This document shows, one piece after another, positions 30,918 through 43,695 of a stretch of DNA of 64,000 nt; position 1 is the first letter of the stretch, and each line of letters starts with the position of its first letter. The translations under genes were made by a program, and so were the position numbers. Source of the DNA: Monocercomonoides exilis PA203 (Eukaryota; Protista; Preaxostyla); contig LSRY02000044.1 in the NCBI GenBank assembly GCA_001643675.2, positions 496,001-560,000 on the forward strand. The letters are read 5' to 3'. Below the pieces are notes generated by a model. It saw nothing but the letters and a program-made list of their open reading frames with translations. It was not told where the DNA came from and did no database searches.

Positions 30918-32351
30918 ATGAGCGTTGTCTTTTTGTGTTTGTTTGTATTGTACGAAACGTTGAGGTGCGATGCAATCGAAGTGTATGTTACGATGAAAGG
31001 AGATGACAGTATGGGATGTGGAGAATACAGCCATCCTTGCCGAACAATGAAATATGTGCTGAATCAAGACCCTGAGCAAAATGAGTTTTTGTTTATAATT
31101 CCGTCAGACACTCTTGGCCAGCCTCCTGTGAATATGGTTGGGAAAGTTGTCAAGATCTTTGCAGAGATAGAGGTGTCGACAACATGGATATGTCCAGATG
31201 AATTGAGCACAACTCCTCTGTACACTGTGCATTCGACAAATTTGACGATAAAGTCGATGTATTACGATCTGAGCGTGTGCGATCAGGGCATGAATCCCTT
31301 TCTTTGTGGGGATGATCACTCTGACATCACACTTGAAAGAGTTCACATTGATGCAAATTCGGGGAAAGAGGGATTGCCTTCGGCCGATCCGTTCATTGTT
31401 CTTGCACATTGCAGGATCACTGTCCAAGATAGCCTCATTGGAGATTATACGAAAATCAAGTTTGAAAAATCACAAGAAGAAAGTGTTGCGTGCGCATGGA
31501 AGCATGGATGCATTGAACTGACGATGTGCGAGGCGTCATTTGCAAACACATCATTCGATTATGGGGTGTATGGATTCATTTATCAGAAGGGTGGGTCATT
31601 GGTTCTGAAGAATGACACATTTGCGACGTATGTGTTTTTGAGTTATTCAGATTTTCGACGAACAGTTTACTGCGAGAATGAAGGGGCCATCAGCATATCA
31701 TCGATAGTTTCGAAGAGAAACCGCCAAAAAGAGGTGAATGATCTGTGGATGGACATTGGGAAATGCAAGCTGGCGAAGAACGAAAATCCAGATAAATATG
31801 TGTTTTTTCATACGAACATAACGAGTGTGACGTGGAGGTGGTGGTCGGAATCCATTGAGATGATGAGCTTTGTAATTGAGGGAAATATTTTTTCACCGTG
31901 CAGAACAAAAGTGTTTTTCAAGTTTACCACGAAAGATGGGAAGAAAAAAACGGTGATAGTAAACTGCTCATCGATTTCATACAGCACGACAGAGTTGAGT
32001 GTCAACGCTGAGTTGAGCATGTTTGGCGGTGCGAGGAATGTTTCTGTGCAAATGGAATATCCCTCGTCCAAAGGCAGCGGGAGCGGAACAGATGTCTCGC
32101 AAGAATATCTTATTCAGCTGCCCGAGATGCCAAAGAAGCCCACAACGCCTGAAGATCCAAAAAATGAGGAACCGAAACGAAAATTGAAGCCAGTGGTTGT
32201 GGTAGTTATTTGCTTTCTGTGTGTTGTGGTTGCTGGTGCGACAATAACAGTGGTGGTCGTTCTGGTGTATCAATGGAAACGGAAAAGGTTTTTGAAATTT
32301 ACATCGGCTGATTCGAACACCCTTGTTGCTGCGCTAAATCAGAAAGATTAA
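30918..32351 (+). CDS. Type I membrane/surface protein, 477 aa, intronless
   Basis: Hydrophobic N-terminal signal-like peptide, VYVTMKGDDSMGCGEYSHPCRT motif, beta-rich ectodomain, Pro/Lys stalk, TM segment VVVVVICFLCVVVAGATITVVVVLVY followed by basic WKRKR and a short tail. Confidence 0.85.
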   Translation: MSVVFLCLFVLYETLRCDAIEVYVTMKGDDSMGCGEYSHPCRTMKYVLNQDPEQNEFLFIIPSDTLGQPPVNMVGKVVKIFAEIEVSTTWICPDELSTTPLYTVHSTNLTIKSMYYDLSVCDQGMNPFLCGDDHSDITLERVHIDANSGKEGLPSADPFIVLAHCRITVQDSLIGDYTKIKFEKSQEESVACAWKHGCIELTMCEASFANTSFDYGVYGFIYQKGGSLVLKNDTFATYVFLSYSDFRRTVYCENEGAISISSIVSKRNRQKEVNDLWMDIGKCKLAKNENPDKYVFFHTNITSVTWRWWSESIEMMSFVIEGNIFSPCRTKVFFKFTTKDGKKKTVIVNCSSISYSTTELSVNAELSMFGGARNVSVQMEYPSSKGSGSGTDVSQEYLIQLPEMPKKPTTPEDPKNEEPKRKLKPVVVVVICFLCVVVAGATITVVVVLVYQWKRKRFLKFTSADSNTLVAALNQKD

Positions 32352-33427
32352 TGAGAGAAAAAAATTTTTTATTTGAATTCTCGGCTTTTTGAATGAATTC
32401 AAAAACATATATATATATATATTTTTACAAATTTTTCAATGATATTTGTTGATAATAACGGAGATGTGAGTTTATTCAAATGAGTATTGTCTTGAATTTT
32501 GTTTTCGAATTATTGAATATTTATAATATTTTGAGAAATGTTTTCTATATGTAATTTCTGTAAAGAATCTTTGTTTATTTTAATTTGTTTGACTTTTGTT
32601 ATACTCTCCGTTCATTATGCATGGTTGAATTGAAGTGTATTGAAGAAATGATTTCTTGATTGTTATTTTTATTTTTAATTAATGGATAATTATTTGCATT
32701 ATTCCGCAGACTGATTTGTAGTGTTTATTGTTGAAATTTATTTTATTTTATTTTATTTTTCAAATGTAGATCTGCTGAAGAGTTTCTTTGCACATTGAAA
32801 TTTTTCTTTCTCTCCAACCAAAAATTTGAATTAGGAACAATCGATGAATTTTTGTTATTTTGACTTTTTCATAAAAATGACATTGGTTGCACAATCGTCA
32901 TCATTTTCTGAAAGTTACAAGTTGAGAAAATAGATTGAGATTTTTGAACTGAAGAATTGAGAACAACTTTTTTTTTTTTGAACAATGCAAAATTTACATT
33001 TTTTTATCCTTGAAAGATGTGTCTTCATCAACCAATTTGTTTACCAAATTGTATCAAAGAAACAAACTCATTTTTAAGGTTTTCAGCAGTTTCAAATGAT
33101 AAGGTTTAGTTTTCAAATTCGTTGAAAAAATTGCATAATCGATATCAATCGCATTCGCAATGCGATGTGAAGATATATTATTATATTATTACTGTATTCT
33201 GCATATTTGTCGTGAAGTCTAATAATGTTTTTTTAATCTGTTTTTTTTTTTTTTTTCTTTTTCTTTGTCAATGAAATGAACAAGATACCAATGTTATGGA
33301 TAACATTGGAAATCTAATCCAACTTTAAACTGACTTGTTTAATCAATTATTTAGCTATTTTTTAACAATGAAAAATATTAGACTGCAAACAAAAATTATC
33401 GTTTTGAGATCCATCAATTATTCTTCT

Positions 33428-34137
33428 TTAAAATTTTGGAACAGAAAATGAAGGGGCAAGCTTCATGTACGAATTAACTGGTTGAGGATGATAATATTGA
33501 AATTGGTTCGTACGAATTAAACATTGAGATGATGGATTAAATGTGGTGCGCTGTGACTTAATTTGTGTCTGAGAACTTGGAAATTGTTGAGTATTTATTG
33601 AAGCATGTGAATTAACTAAATGCTGATATGTTGTTTGGTCTTCTTTATCTGACAAATGTAAAAAAATGCTTTGCTTTTGATCCTCACACATTTTTTGTTT
33701 TATGCGATTGAATGTTTGACTCGATTGTTCTTGAACAGAGCGTGGAGATAATACAACTGATTTGTAAGGACGAGCAGAATAAAATCTCGGAAGTTCATCT
33801 GATTGAACTTTGCACCTTAAAAATATTTTATTAATTACTGTTGAGGAGTTCTGCAATCTTTTAAACAAATATTCATTTTTTTTCTTTCGAAAAATTAAGA
33901 AAGACTAAACAATCATATTAAAAAGTGAAGATGCCTTTTGAAAATCATCAATTTGTTTCTAATACATTTGCACAAATAGTACAATAAAAATAATACAATA
34001 ACATTTCGTCAAACTTTAAGTTCTCTTGAAAATTTCGAAAATGCAACATTCTGCTCATTTTCGGTTAATTTCCGATGAATGCTTTTAATTTTATCCATAG
34101 TTTTGCAAACATCAATTTCACTCCTTAAACGGGTCAT
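33428..34137 (-). CDS. Hypothetical protein, ~208 aa, 3 exons (34137-34015, 33958-33911, 33883-33428)
   Basis: GT-AG introns restore one frame: MTRLRSEIDVCKTMDKIKSIHRKL...RELK|KQIDDFQKASSLFNMI|KKNEYLFKRLQNSS... The I..NEYLFKRL segment is faintly reminiscent of CFAP97/Hemingway proteins. Confidence 0.55.
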
Positions 34138-34216
34138 ATTTCAATTGTAAAATCTTTTATACCTTTAAAAAAATCGGTATAATTTATCCAAAAATGAAAC
34201 AAAAAATAATGGGCAT

Positions 34217-35111
34217 CTATTTTTTATTTTGTTGATGACTAATCGACTGTTGACCTTTTAGAATGGACAGGGCTTTAACACATTCACCTATATATGGAGT
34301 ATCTGAAGAATGCCTTGCGTATAAAGTATCTTCTAGGTGGTGAGCTTCCTGTTTAAAAAAAAAATAGTTAAATTAAAAGTTTCAAAATATGTCGCACCAT
34401 AACAGCCATTTCGATGTCTCCATTAAAAATTCTGCGACTTTCTTGAAGCATTAGTTCAAAAAAATGATGTCTTGTATTTGAAGATATTCCAAAATGCAGA
34501 GGATCATCAAATAACTCCTCAAATAAAAATAATTCAGAAAATATATTCAATCAAAAACAGTGATAATAGAATCAATAACTATGTCCAAACTTTTGTTTCT
34601 GGTAACGACTTTTTATCTTTTGCATTTTCAGAAATATTCTTTGATTCACTGAAATAATTTTGCTTTAAAGGTATATCTTTGGAATCTGATGCAATGAATG
34701 ATTCCTTCGAACGAATTATTTTTTCATCAAGATTGACGTCTTGAGGGGGAAAATATCCCGGGGGTTTCATCTTCAGAGAACTGTCATTTTCGCCTAAATA
34801 ATTGCTCGATTTTTGTTCTTTTTTTTCATGTTGATAACTTGGCAAAATTTTGTAATCATCTTTGAAAAGACATTCCTTAAATAAATTTAGGTGACTTTCC
34901 GGAACGTTATCTTTCTCAATAAATTTTGTAATTGAATTAATTTCTTTTCCCTGATTTACATGATTAAACAAACAAAATGGACCTTTCATAAAATGTTGCA
35001 AGCAAAAAATTATAATACATGCAATAATGAATATTTCTAACCAAGTTCACAAAACCCTGTTTGTTGAAGAAATGGACATTCTATGGAATCAAGAAGAATT
35101 GATGGAAACAT
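34217..35111 (-). CDS. CCCH zinc-finger protein with a C-terminal helical domain, ~237 aa, 4 exons (35111-35042, 34982-34591, 34517-34398, 34348-34217)
   Basis: Splicing assembles CPFLQQTGFCELGPFCLFNH (C-x8-C-x5-C-x3-H). The C-terminal RHHFFELMLQESRRIF...EAHHLEDTLY...YIGECVKALSILK resembles the helical region of REXO1/Rex3 or the TFIIS middle domain. Exon phases are consistent. Confidence 0.65.
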
Positions 35112-35695
35112 AAAATTTATTATGGATATTGGATATAATGAATTCTTCCTTGTGAAATTATCATCTTTGACATAAAGAATAATAATAATGTTCAAAATCT
35201 TGTGCGCAAAAATATTTAGTAAAAATTATTAAGATAAATCCTTAATTTTGAATAATTAATTTTGATATTTTCCTTAAAAAATGCAAAAGTGAAAAGTAAT
35301 TAACATAAATAAAATCTTACACAATTAACTTCTTTAATGATAAATAATTGATATATAAACGTAAATTTAAAATATCCACTCAAAAATAACTTTCAACGTT
35401 AAAAAAGTTTAGCTAAACACCAAAAAAAATAATATAAAAAAATGTTATTCAAAATTTGATAACGTCAACTTTCCAAATAAATATTTGTTTGCAATTCGGA
35501 AGCACTCAAGTTATCGTACAACCTCTGCACATTGTAAATTTGCACGTGCATTATGTTTTTTTGTAAAAGGATAATTCCAAAAAATTTATACAAATAATTA
35601 AATAAAAAAATAAATTAAGAATTAATAATAATAAATGCTGTCAAAAAGATTAAACAATTATTCAAAAAAATTCTAAATTCATGAAACAGTTTATA

Positions 35696-36792
35696 TTATT
35701 CTCCGGGGTTGTGATTAATACTGAACCCAAAAAGAAAAAAAGAAATTAGTGCATTTGCATACCCGAAATGCTTTTTTGCTTTCAAAAGTTCATCACTGGC
35801 TTTCTCAGTTTCTCGTTTTGAAATATAAATTTGATCATCCACAGTTTCTATTGATATGACGTATAAATATAAATACATATATTCAATAATTTTTTTCATA
35901 AAGTCTTCATTAAGCTTTCATAAAAATAGAATTAGCAATTCATGCCTAATTGATCCGTTTGCTCTTCAAGAATATGCTTTAAATCTTCTGAGGCTTCTCT
36001 TACTGCAACAATTTCTTTCTGATTCATTTGATGTTCACAAAATACTCATTATGAAAAAATAAAAGAAATACAGACGTGTATTCTACGAAATTCCGTTTCT
36101 CGATATTCCAATATTGATCGAGTTGCGTTAGCCTTCTCTTTTAATAAAAGCTGTTGGTTAGCACTTTTAAAAAAAAAGATGTAAAAGAACTACTGATAAA
36201 AAGGAACATACCCCGTTTCTTCTGATATTATGCCTTTGTCAGAATCACTTTAAAAAAGGAGGAAAGAAAGAAAGAAAGAAATTTTTGAAAGATAAAGATA
36301 TCGCAAAACAATAAATGGAATAATTACGAAACTTAAACAAACATTTTCTCATCAAAAGATGAAGAATAACTTATTTTTTCGTATGCTTTTATCTTTCTTT
36401 TAAATGCACTTTCTGCGTTTTCCAATGAAAAAAGCATTTGCGATAGCTTTATGGAAAGTTTTTGATCGCTTTTGTTTGCTTCAATCATCTTTTCAATCAC
36501 GGAATCTTTCGTATTAAAAAAATAAATATAATTTCAAAGTAAAAAGTTCAAAAAAGATTTTTAAACAATATTGTAAAATTAAAATTATACGGAATCTTTG
36601 AAGTCTTACGGATATTTGTTTCATTTTAAGCAAAAATTTGCTATCATTCCTTTCACTTAAATTTTCAAATATTTAGGTAAAAAATAGTTATAATCAGTTA
36701 TACGGTATAAGTTCGGATATCTCCTCTGAAGTTAATTGAAGGTCAGCTTGTATGGCCGATACCTTCAGCTCTGCACTTCCCTCCAAACTCAT
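35696..36792 (-). CDS. Syntaxin-like Qa-SNARE, 7-8 exons (36792-36704, 36655-36591, 36505-36343, 36247-36212, 36163-36076, 36018-35946, 35847-35763, 35720-35696)
   Basis: All exon phases are consistent (207 aa, or 221 aa if the last 42 nt intron is retained). Spliced SNARE motif YRETEFRRIHKEIVAVREASEDLKHILEEQTDQLETVDDQIYISKRETEKASDELLKAKKH has the zero-layer Q; helical Habc-like N-terminus. Confidence 0.75.
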
Positions 36793-37252
36793 ACAAGAAA
36801 GCAAAATGATTCTATGATTTGATTATATTTATTATGGGCACATCAAATTACGAAATAAGTTATTCAAACGAAATAAGTTTAACTCATATTGGATAGGGAA
36901 ATTTGAAAGATAACTCAAATAGACCAAATGAACAAAAGGATTATTTGAATTTATTTTGCAGAGAAAATGATATTATCCAATCTGAATCATTCGTTTCTCT
37001 TATCAAAAACATCTTCTCGCAGGTTTATTAAGAAACTGATAATTGTATTTGCAATGAGAAAATGTTTCAGATATTCTGTTTCTGAATTTTCTAACAGTAT
37101 TCTTTTATGCCTAAGCTTTGTTATTTTGAAGTGGAATAAATTGAGTTATTCAAATAAAAAAGAAAAAGAAACATAATTAAAATAAGAAGAATAGAAAAAC
37201 TTAACATTGCCAATGCCTATCAGCACAAAAACAGCCAAATGAGTATTGAAAT

Positions 37253-40200
37253 TCACTGCTTTGAATTGTGGGGCAAAGAATTGGATGAATGAGAATATGA
37301 AGAATAGACAGAAGAAGAGGAAGAGGAAGAAGAAGAAGATGATGATGATGAATTATTTGATGAGGAAGGGATGTATTTTGTCTCAAATGGAGTGAGACTT
37401 TGAGGAGGAGAAGGAGAAGAAGAAGAAGAAGAAGAAGAAGGATATGTTGATCTATAATGTGTTTGAAGTGAAGAAGAAGAAGAAGATGTTGATGATGATG
37501 AATTAGATGGAGATGATGAAAGAAGGGGAGCAGGAGAAGAAGAAGGAGTTCTGTATGAATATGGAGGAGTTGCAATAGAAGAAGAAGAAGAGGAGGAGGA
37601 GGAGGAGGAGGAGGAGGAGGAGGAGGGAGAATAAGAAGAAAGTGTTAGTAAAGAAGAAGATGATGATGAAATGTTAGAAGAAGAAGAAGAAGATGGAATA
37701 TATGTGTTTTGTGATGATTTAGCAGAAGATTGCCTTGATGGAGAAATAGAAGAGGAAGAAGAGGAAGAAGACATTGTAGAAGGCACATATAGAGTAGATG
37801 AAGAGGTAGATGAAGAAGAGGAGGAAGAAGATGGAGATGGAGATGGAGAAGGAGAAGGAGAAGAAGATGGCAGACCTAATAGAGAACCATGTGTAGCATG
37901 TGAAGAAGGAGGAGCAAGAATGGTAGTTATGTGAGTGGAAGAAGAGGAAGAAGATAAAGAAGAGGAAGAGGAAGTACTTGGAGTGTATGTTGAATGAAGT
38001 TGAGAAAGAGGAGAAGGAGAAGGAGAAGGAGAGGGAGAAGGAGAAGATGAAATAGAGGAATAGAAATTAGTTGAAGAAGATGAAGAAGATGAAGATGAAG
38101 ATGGATTAGTTGCAGATGATGGAGAAATAGATGGAGCAGGTGAATAAGAAGTGGAAAGAGAAGAAGAAGATGATGATGATGATAAAGATGATGAAGAAGA
38201 TGAAGAATAAACAAATGGAGAAGCAGAAGCAGAAGGCGAAGGAGAAGGCGAAGGCGAAGGAGTATAAGTATGAGATCCATATCCTCTTTTACTCTCCACC
38301 TGCCATTCATCTTCATACACCTCTTCGTCTTCGTCCTCTTCCATCGCATTCATCTCATCCTCCTCTCCCCAGTTGCTTGCTCTCAAGTCCATAAAGTCCA
38401 TCAGCATAAACTTGTGTCTCTTCGGAAGTGTGTTCGCCTTCACCATGTCACTCACCTGCTTCTCTATCTTGTTCACATACTGCACATTCACTCCAACATC
38501 TATCTTCTTCCCGACTCTGCTCATCAACGACACGAAGGCTTCGATGTTGCCCAGGATTGGATCATCTGCTTTGATTGGCTCTGGGGAAGAAGAAGATGAT
38601 GATGATGAAGCATTTTCTTCATTCTCCTTCTCTTTCCCTCTTCCAATCACCAGCTTGCTCACTTCGTTCAACAGCTGGTCACAGCATCGTCTAACAACAT
38701 CCACATGCAACAGATTGTGGCAGAATAACTCCCCTACAAACCCCATCACTCCTTTGAATCGAAGTCTTTGGAGCATCGCTGCCTCTTCCTCATCCATCGC
38801 ATACACACTATCTGCTGGCCTCTCTTTCTCTTTCTCTTCTTCTTTCTTCTTCTTCCCTTCTTCTTCATCTTCCTCCTCCTCCTCCTCTTCTTCCTCTTCC
38901 TCTTCCTCTTCTTCCTCCTCCTCTTCTCTTTCTGCTCTATCTTCTTCATTTGGATCCATGTAATGGATAGCCTTCATCTTCCTCCCTCCTTTCTTCTCCC
39001 CTTTCTTGTTCAGCGTCCTCTTCATCCTCTCAAACTCTCTCTGACACCTCGTCAGCAGCAGCCTCCGAAATCTCGATTTTGTCAGCTCTTCCTCCTCTTT
39101 CTGCCCTATCCCTGCAATTGGGATGCTGGAGAGTGCATAGCACAGCTCTCCATACATCCCCACATACTTCGCTTCCATCGTGGCCTTGTCGAAAATGTTG
39201 TCCAGAAGAGAAGATAAGATATACTCATTCTTTATTAGAGGAACAAGTAAAAGCACCATTTCATCTAATGTTGATGGAGACACTTTGTTCAGAATAGCTA
39301 GGCATTTCCCAACAATTGCCTCGTTTTCTTCCATTTCTTCTCTTCTCCTCTTCTCTTCCTCCAATCTCTTCAATTCTTTCATCAATGCTTCTTCCTCTTC
39401 TGCTTTCTTCTCATCCTCCTCTGCACCTTCATCTCTTCCACTCCTCCTCTGCTTCTCCAACAGCATCCTCAATCTCTCTCTTTCCTCCCTCTCCTGCTTC
39501 ATCTTCTCCTTCTTCGCAGCCATCTTCGGCTTCCATGCATTGTCTGTTCTATTCGGCAGCTCCTGTTTCGGCCTGTAGCATTTGCTTCCTCTCTGCCTTC
39601 CTTCTCTTCCTTCTCTTCCTTCTCTGCCTGATGCTCCATTCCCTCTCTTCTGCAGCACACTCACTCTCTTACTGTTGCCTCGCTCCCCCCGATCGTGGCT
39701 GCCTCGAGGGAGAAGAGCATTGCTGGAGTCTGTGGTTGGAAATAATAGAAGAGAATATGATAAAAACAGAAATAAACAGAATTAATCAACAAATTTAGAA
39801 GAATAAGCAGGGGGAAAAAAAAACTTTTATTCATTCAATCTACATTCCCCAATAAATGTCTAAAAACTTCATTGTTTCAATGCATACCTCTTTTCCTTCC
39901 ATAGTCCTTCCCTTCCATCTGCTCCAACTTCCTCTTTCTTCCGCTCTCTTCATTCTGGTTCTCCTTCGTCAGCAGCTTCAGCCTCTTCCCTTCTCCTTCA
40001 AACACTCTCCCATTCTCCTTCATCTTCCCCATCATCGTCGTCGATGGCATCATCGAAATCATAGACCCTCCCTTTCCATACAGCTGATTCTTATACGAAG
40101 GCAGCAGGGCATTCGAAGCATTCACACCCGATGGCAACAGCATCACTTGCTTTTGTCCTTCCTCTGTTTGTGCCTCTAATTGCGTGCAGATGGGCTCAGG

Positions 40201-40356
40201 GAATGAGTGGGCATAGCTGAGAGGGCAGTTGCACAGATGCTGGGCTATTCGGTTGGATTTTAAGGCGTTCTGCTTTTCGGACTCTGCCTCCTTCAGACAG
40301 GTCTCATAGAGAATGAAGAGCATTTCATCTCGACTGTACATGAATGAGGGAGATGG

Positions 40357-40388
<32 letters not shown>

Positions 40389-40406
40389 GTTCTGTATCTG
40401 ACAAAG

Positions 40407-40442
<36 letters not shown>

Positions 40443-43400
40443 CATTGTTGCTGCTATTGTTGTTATCATTAGTAATTGCAGTGGAAGTAGTGGTGGTAGA
40501 AGAAGAAGTTTTTGAACTTGATGCAGAACTTGCATTAGCATCAGATGAGGCAGAAGATGAAGAAGCAGAAGATGAAGAAGCAGAAGCTGATGAAGAAACA
40601 GATGAAGCAGAAGCAGAAGCAGAAGAACCAGAACCATCTCCTCCACTCCCTCCCTTCGTATCCCCCACACCCTTGTTCTGATTGAATCTTGCATGGAGGC
40701 TGCTGAAGAACAAGTCAGTCAAATGCATGTTGTATGAGACATCAGAAGCAGAATAGCCATAATTCTGGTCAGCCACATGCAGTCTCATGGCAAGTGAGTT
40801 CTTCTTCAGCATCTTCGACATCGCTTTGTAGCTCAACTTCTTCCCTCCTCCTCTTTCTCCTTTTTCTTTTTCTTTTTCTTTTTCTCCTTTTTCTATTCCT
40901 CCATTTGCTTCTGTTTTATCTTCTTTTGACTCATTTTGCTTGGTTTTCGCTTCTTTCTTGTCTTTCTTCTTCTCTTCTGTCTTTGCTGTTGTGTTCTGCT
41001 CTTCCTGTTTAGGCACATTCAAGTCAACTAAATCTATTTCCCAATCTTCTAATCCTTCTTCTTCATTTTCTTCGTCTTCTTTCTTGTCTTCTTCTGCATC
41101 CTTCTCTGATGCTGTGCTTGAATGGAGTGAAGATTTGGATTTGTCTTCATTGTTCTCTTCTTCTTCTTCTTCTTCTTCCTCCTCCTCCTCATCTTCTTCG
41201 CCTTCATCTTCTTCCTCTTCCTCTTCTGCTTCTTCTTCGATTTCATTTTCTTCTTCGTTTTCGTCTTCATCCTCTTCTTCGTATTCATCATCATATTCTT
41301 CCTCCTCTTCATCCTCATTTTCTTCCTCGTCTTCTCCTTCATCTTCATCTTCTTCCTCCTCCTCTTCTTCTTCTTCTTCTTCTTCTTTTTCTTTTTCTCC
41401 TTCTTCTTCTTCTTCTTCTTTCTCTTCATCTTCTTTTTCTTCATTTTCTGCCTTTGATTCATCTTCTTCATTCACAACATCTTTCTTATGCTCTTCCACT
41501 TTATCTTCTTTGCTTTCTTCTTTTTGCTTATCTTCTTTCTCTTCTTTCTCTTCTTTAAAGTTTTCCCTTTCTTTTTCTGTTTTTACTTCTATTTTAACTT
41601 CTTCTTTCTCTTTTTCTTTATCTTTTTTCTTTTCTGTTTCTCTCATATCTGTTGTTGATTCTATTCTTCCTTCTGTTTGTTTGTCTGCTTCTTCTTCCTC
41701 CTCCTCTTTTCCTTCTTCTTTCTCTTTGCTTTCTTCTTCTTCTTTCTCTTCTTTTTTGTTTTCTTCATCTTGTTCTTCTTCTGGTTCTTGTTCTTCTTTC
41801 TCTTCTTTCTCTTCTTTCTCTTCTTTCTCTTCTTTCTCATCCTTTTCATTAATATATTCATTGTCTTTATTGTCTTCATTATTATTAATGTTATTATCAT
41901 TCTCTATCACTCTCTCCATCAATGGAGCATTCATAGAAGATATATCAGTCTTCATACTATTCATCTGACTAGCATTTAATGATGAATAAGAAGAGGAAGA
42001 AGAAGATAATAAAGATGATGATGATATAGATGAAGAAGAAGAAGACACATTAATTCCATTCATAGGAGCCAATGGAATGGGAGGGAATGCAGCAGCAATT
42101 GATGGCAGAAGAGGAGACATTGTTCTCTTCTCTGCAACACTCTCCCTCATCTCTGTTGATTTATTGATATCTCTTTTGAATGAAGATGATGATGATGATG
42201 GAGAAGATAGAGAAGAAGAGGAGGAGGAAGAAGAAGAAGAAAAGGAAGAAGAGAATGAAGAAGATGATGATGAATAACTCTTTTGAGATGAAGATGGTGA
42301 AAGCAAAGGAGCAGATGACAATAATGCTTGACTTTTAGGAGAGGAAACATTTATGGTATTATTATTAATATTATTATTATTATTCATGTTATTTCTTTGA
42401 AATCCTCCATTAGATATACTTGGTGTATTAGAAGTATTATTATTATTATTATTATTATGCCCCTGAGAGAGAGAGGAATGAATGTGAACAGCATTCATTT
42501 GAATAGGAGAGGATAAGAGTGGATTCTGTGTCTCTTTCTTCAGAATATACGAGCTATTAGATGAAGTTGATGAAGGAGAAGAAGAGGAAGAGGAAGAAGA
42601 AGAGGAAGAAGAAGAGGAGGAGGAGGAGGAGGAGGAGGAGGAAGGAGAAGAAGATGGAGAAGAAGAGAAGGAGGAAGATGATGATGAAGGAGTATTAGAG
42701 ATAACTGGCTGAATAGAAGGAGAGATAGAAGGTGTATATACGTTGGATAGAAGAGGTTGAGTGTTATTAGAAGAGATATGAAGAGCAGAAGGAGAAGAGG
42801 GAGAGGAAGAAGAAGATGATGATGAAATAGCATCTTCATTTTGAGAGAGAGAAGAAGAAGAAGAAGAAGAAGAAATAGAAGAAGAAGAAGATGTTCTAAT
42901 TCTTCCATTGTTAATCTTCTGTCTCTGTCCATCAGCATTCAGAAGAGGAAGCTGAGCCAATGGAGTGAGAGGAGTAGGGAGAAGACTGTCTCTGATGGGA
43001 GATGGCTGACGAAGAGGGAGAATGGATGAATGAGAAAGAGATGAAGAAGAGGAAGAGGTTGAGGAGGAAGAGGAAGAAGAAGAAAGAGAAGAGGAAGAGG
43101 AGGAAGATGATAATGAAGAAGAAGAGGAAGGAGAATGAGTTGGATAAGAGGAAAGAAGATAGGATTGAGCAGGAGATTGAGGAGAAGAAGAGGAAGATGA
43201 TGATGATGATGATGATGATGATGAAGGAGAAGAATGAGAAGGAGAATTAGAAGAAGGGTTGAGAGGGCGAAGAGGAGTGGGGAGAGGAAGAAGTGCTTCC
43301 ATTTGAGTACGATTGTCTGTCTGTTTGGAAGGAATACTCAAAGAAATAGAAGAAGAAGATGATGATGATGATGATGATGATGAGGATAAGGAGGAAGAAG

Positions 43401-43663
43401 AGGAGGAGGAGGAGGAAGAGGAAGAAGAAGATAATGGAATATTCTGTGATGATAAGAGAGGAGGAAGACTGGGAGAAGATGTTTTTGAAGGAAAAGAATA
43501 CGAACGGATGGGTGTGTTAATCACATGAGAAGAGGAGGAAGAAGAGGAAGAAGAAGAAGAAGAAGTCTTGTTATTTGAGCGAGAACGAGATGAATAGCTG
43601 TCATCTTTCCCAAATATATACTCATCTTCATCTAATGAATCACTTTCTTCTTCTTCTTTCTCC

Positions 43664-43695
<32 letters not shown>

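Noticed and set aside
33148-33166. Small hairpin ATCGCATT-CGC-AATGCGAT
   Set aside because: An 8-bp stem is compatible with chance, with no supporting context
39730-39887. Stop-codon readthrough or frameshift between the 2340-aa and 803-aa ORFs
   Set aside because: A canonical GT-AG intron joins them in the correct phase
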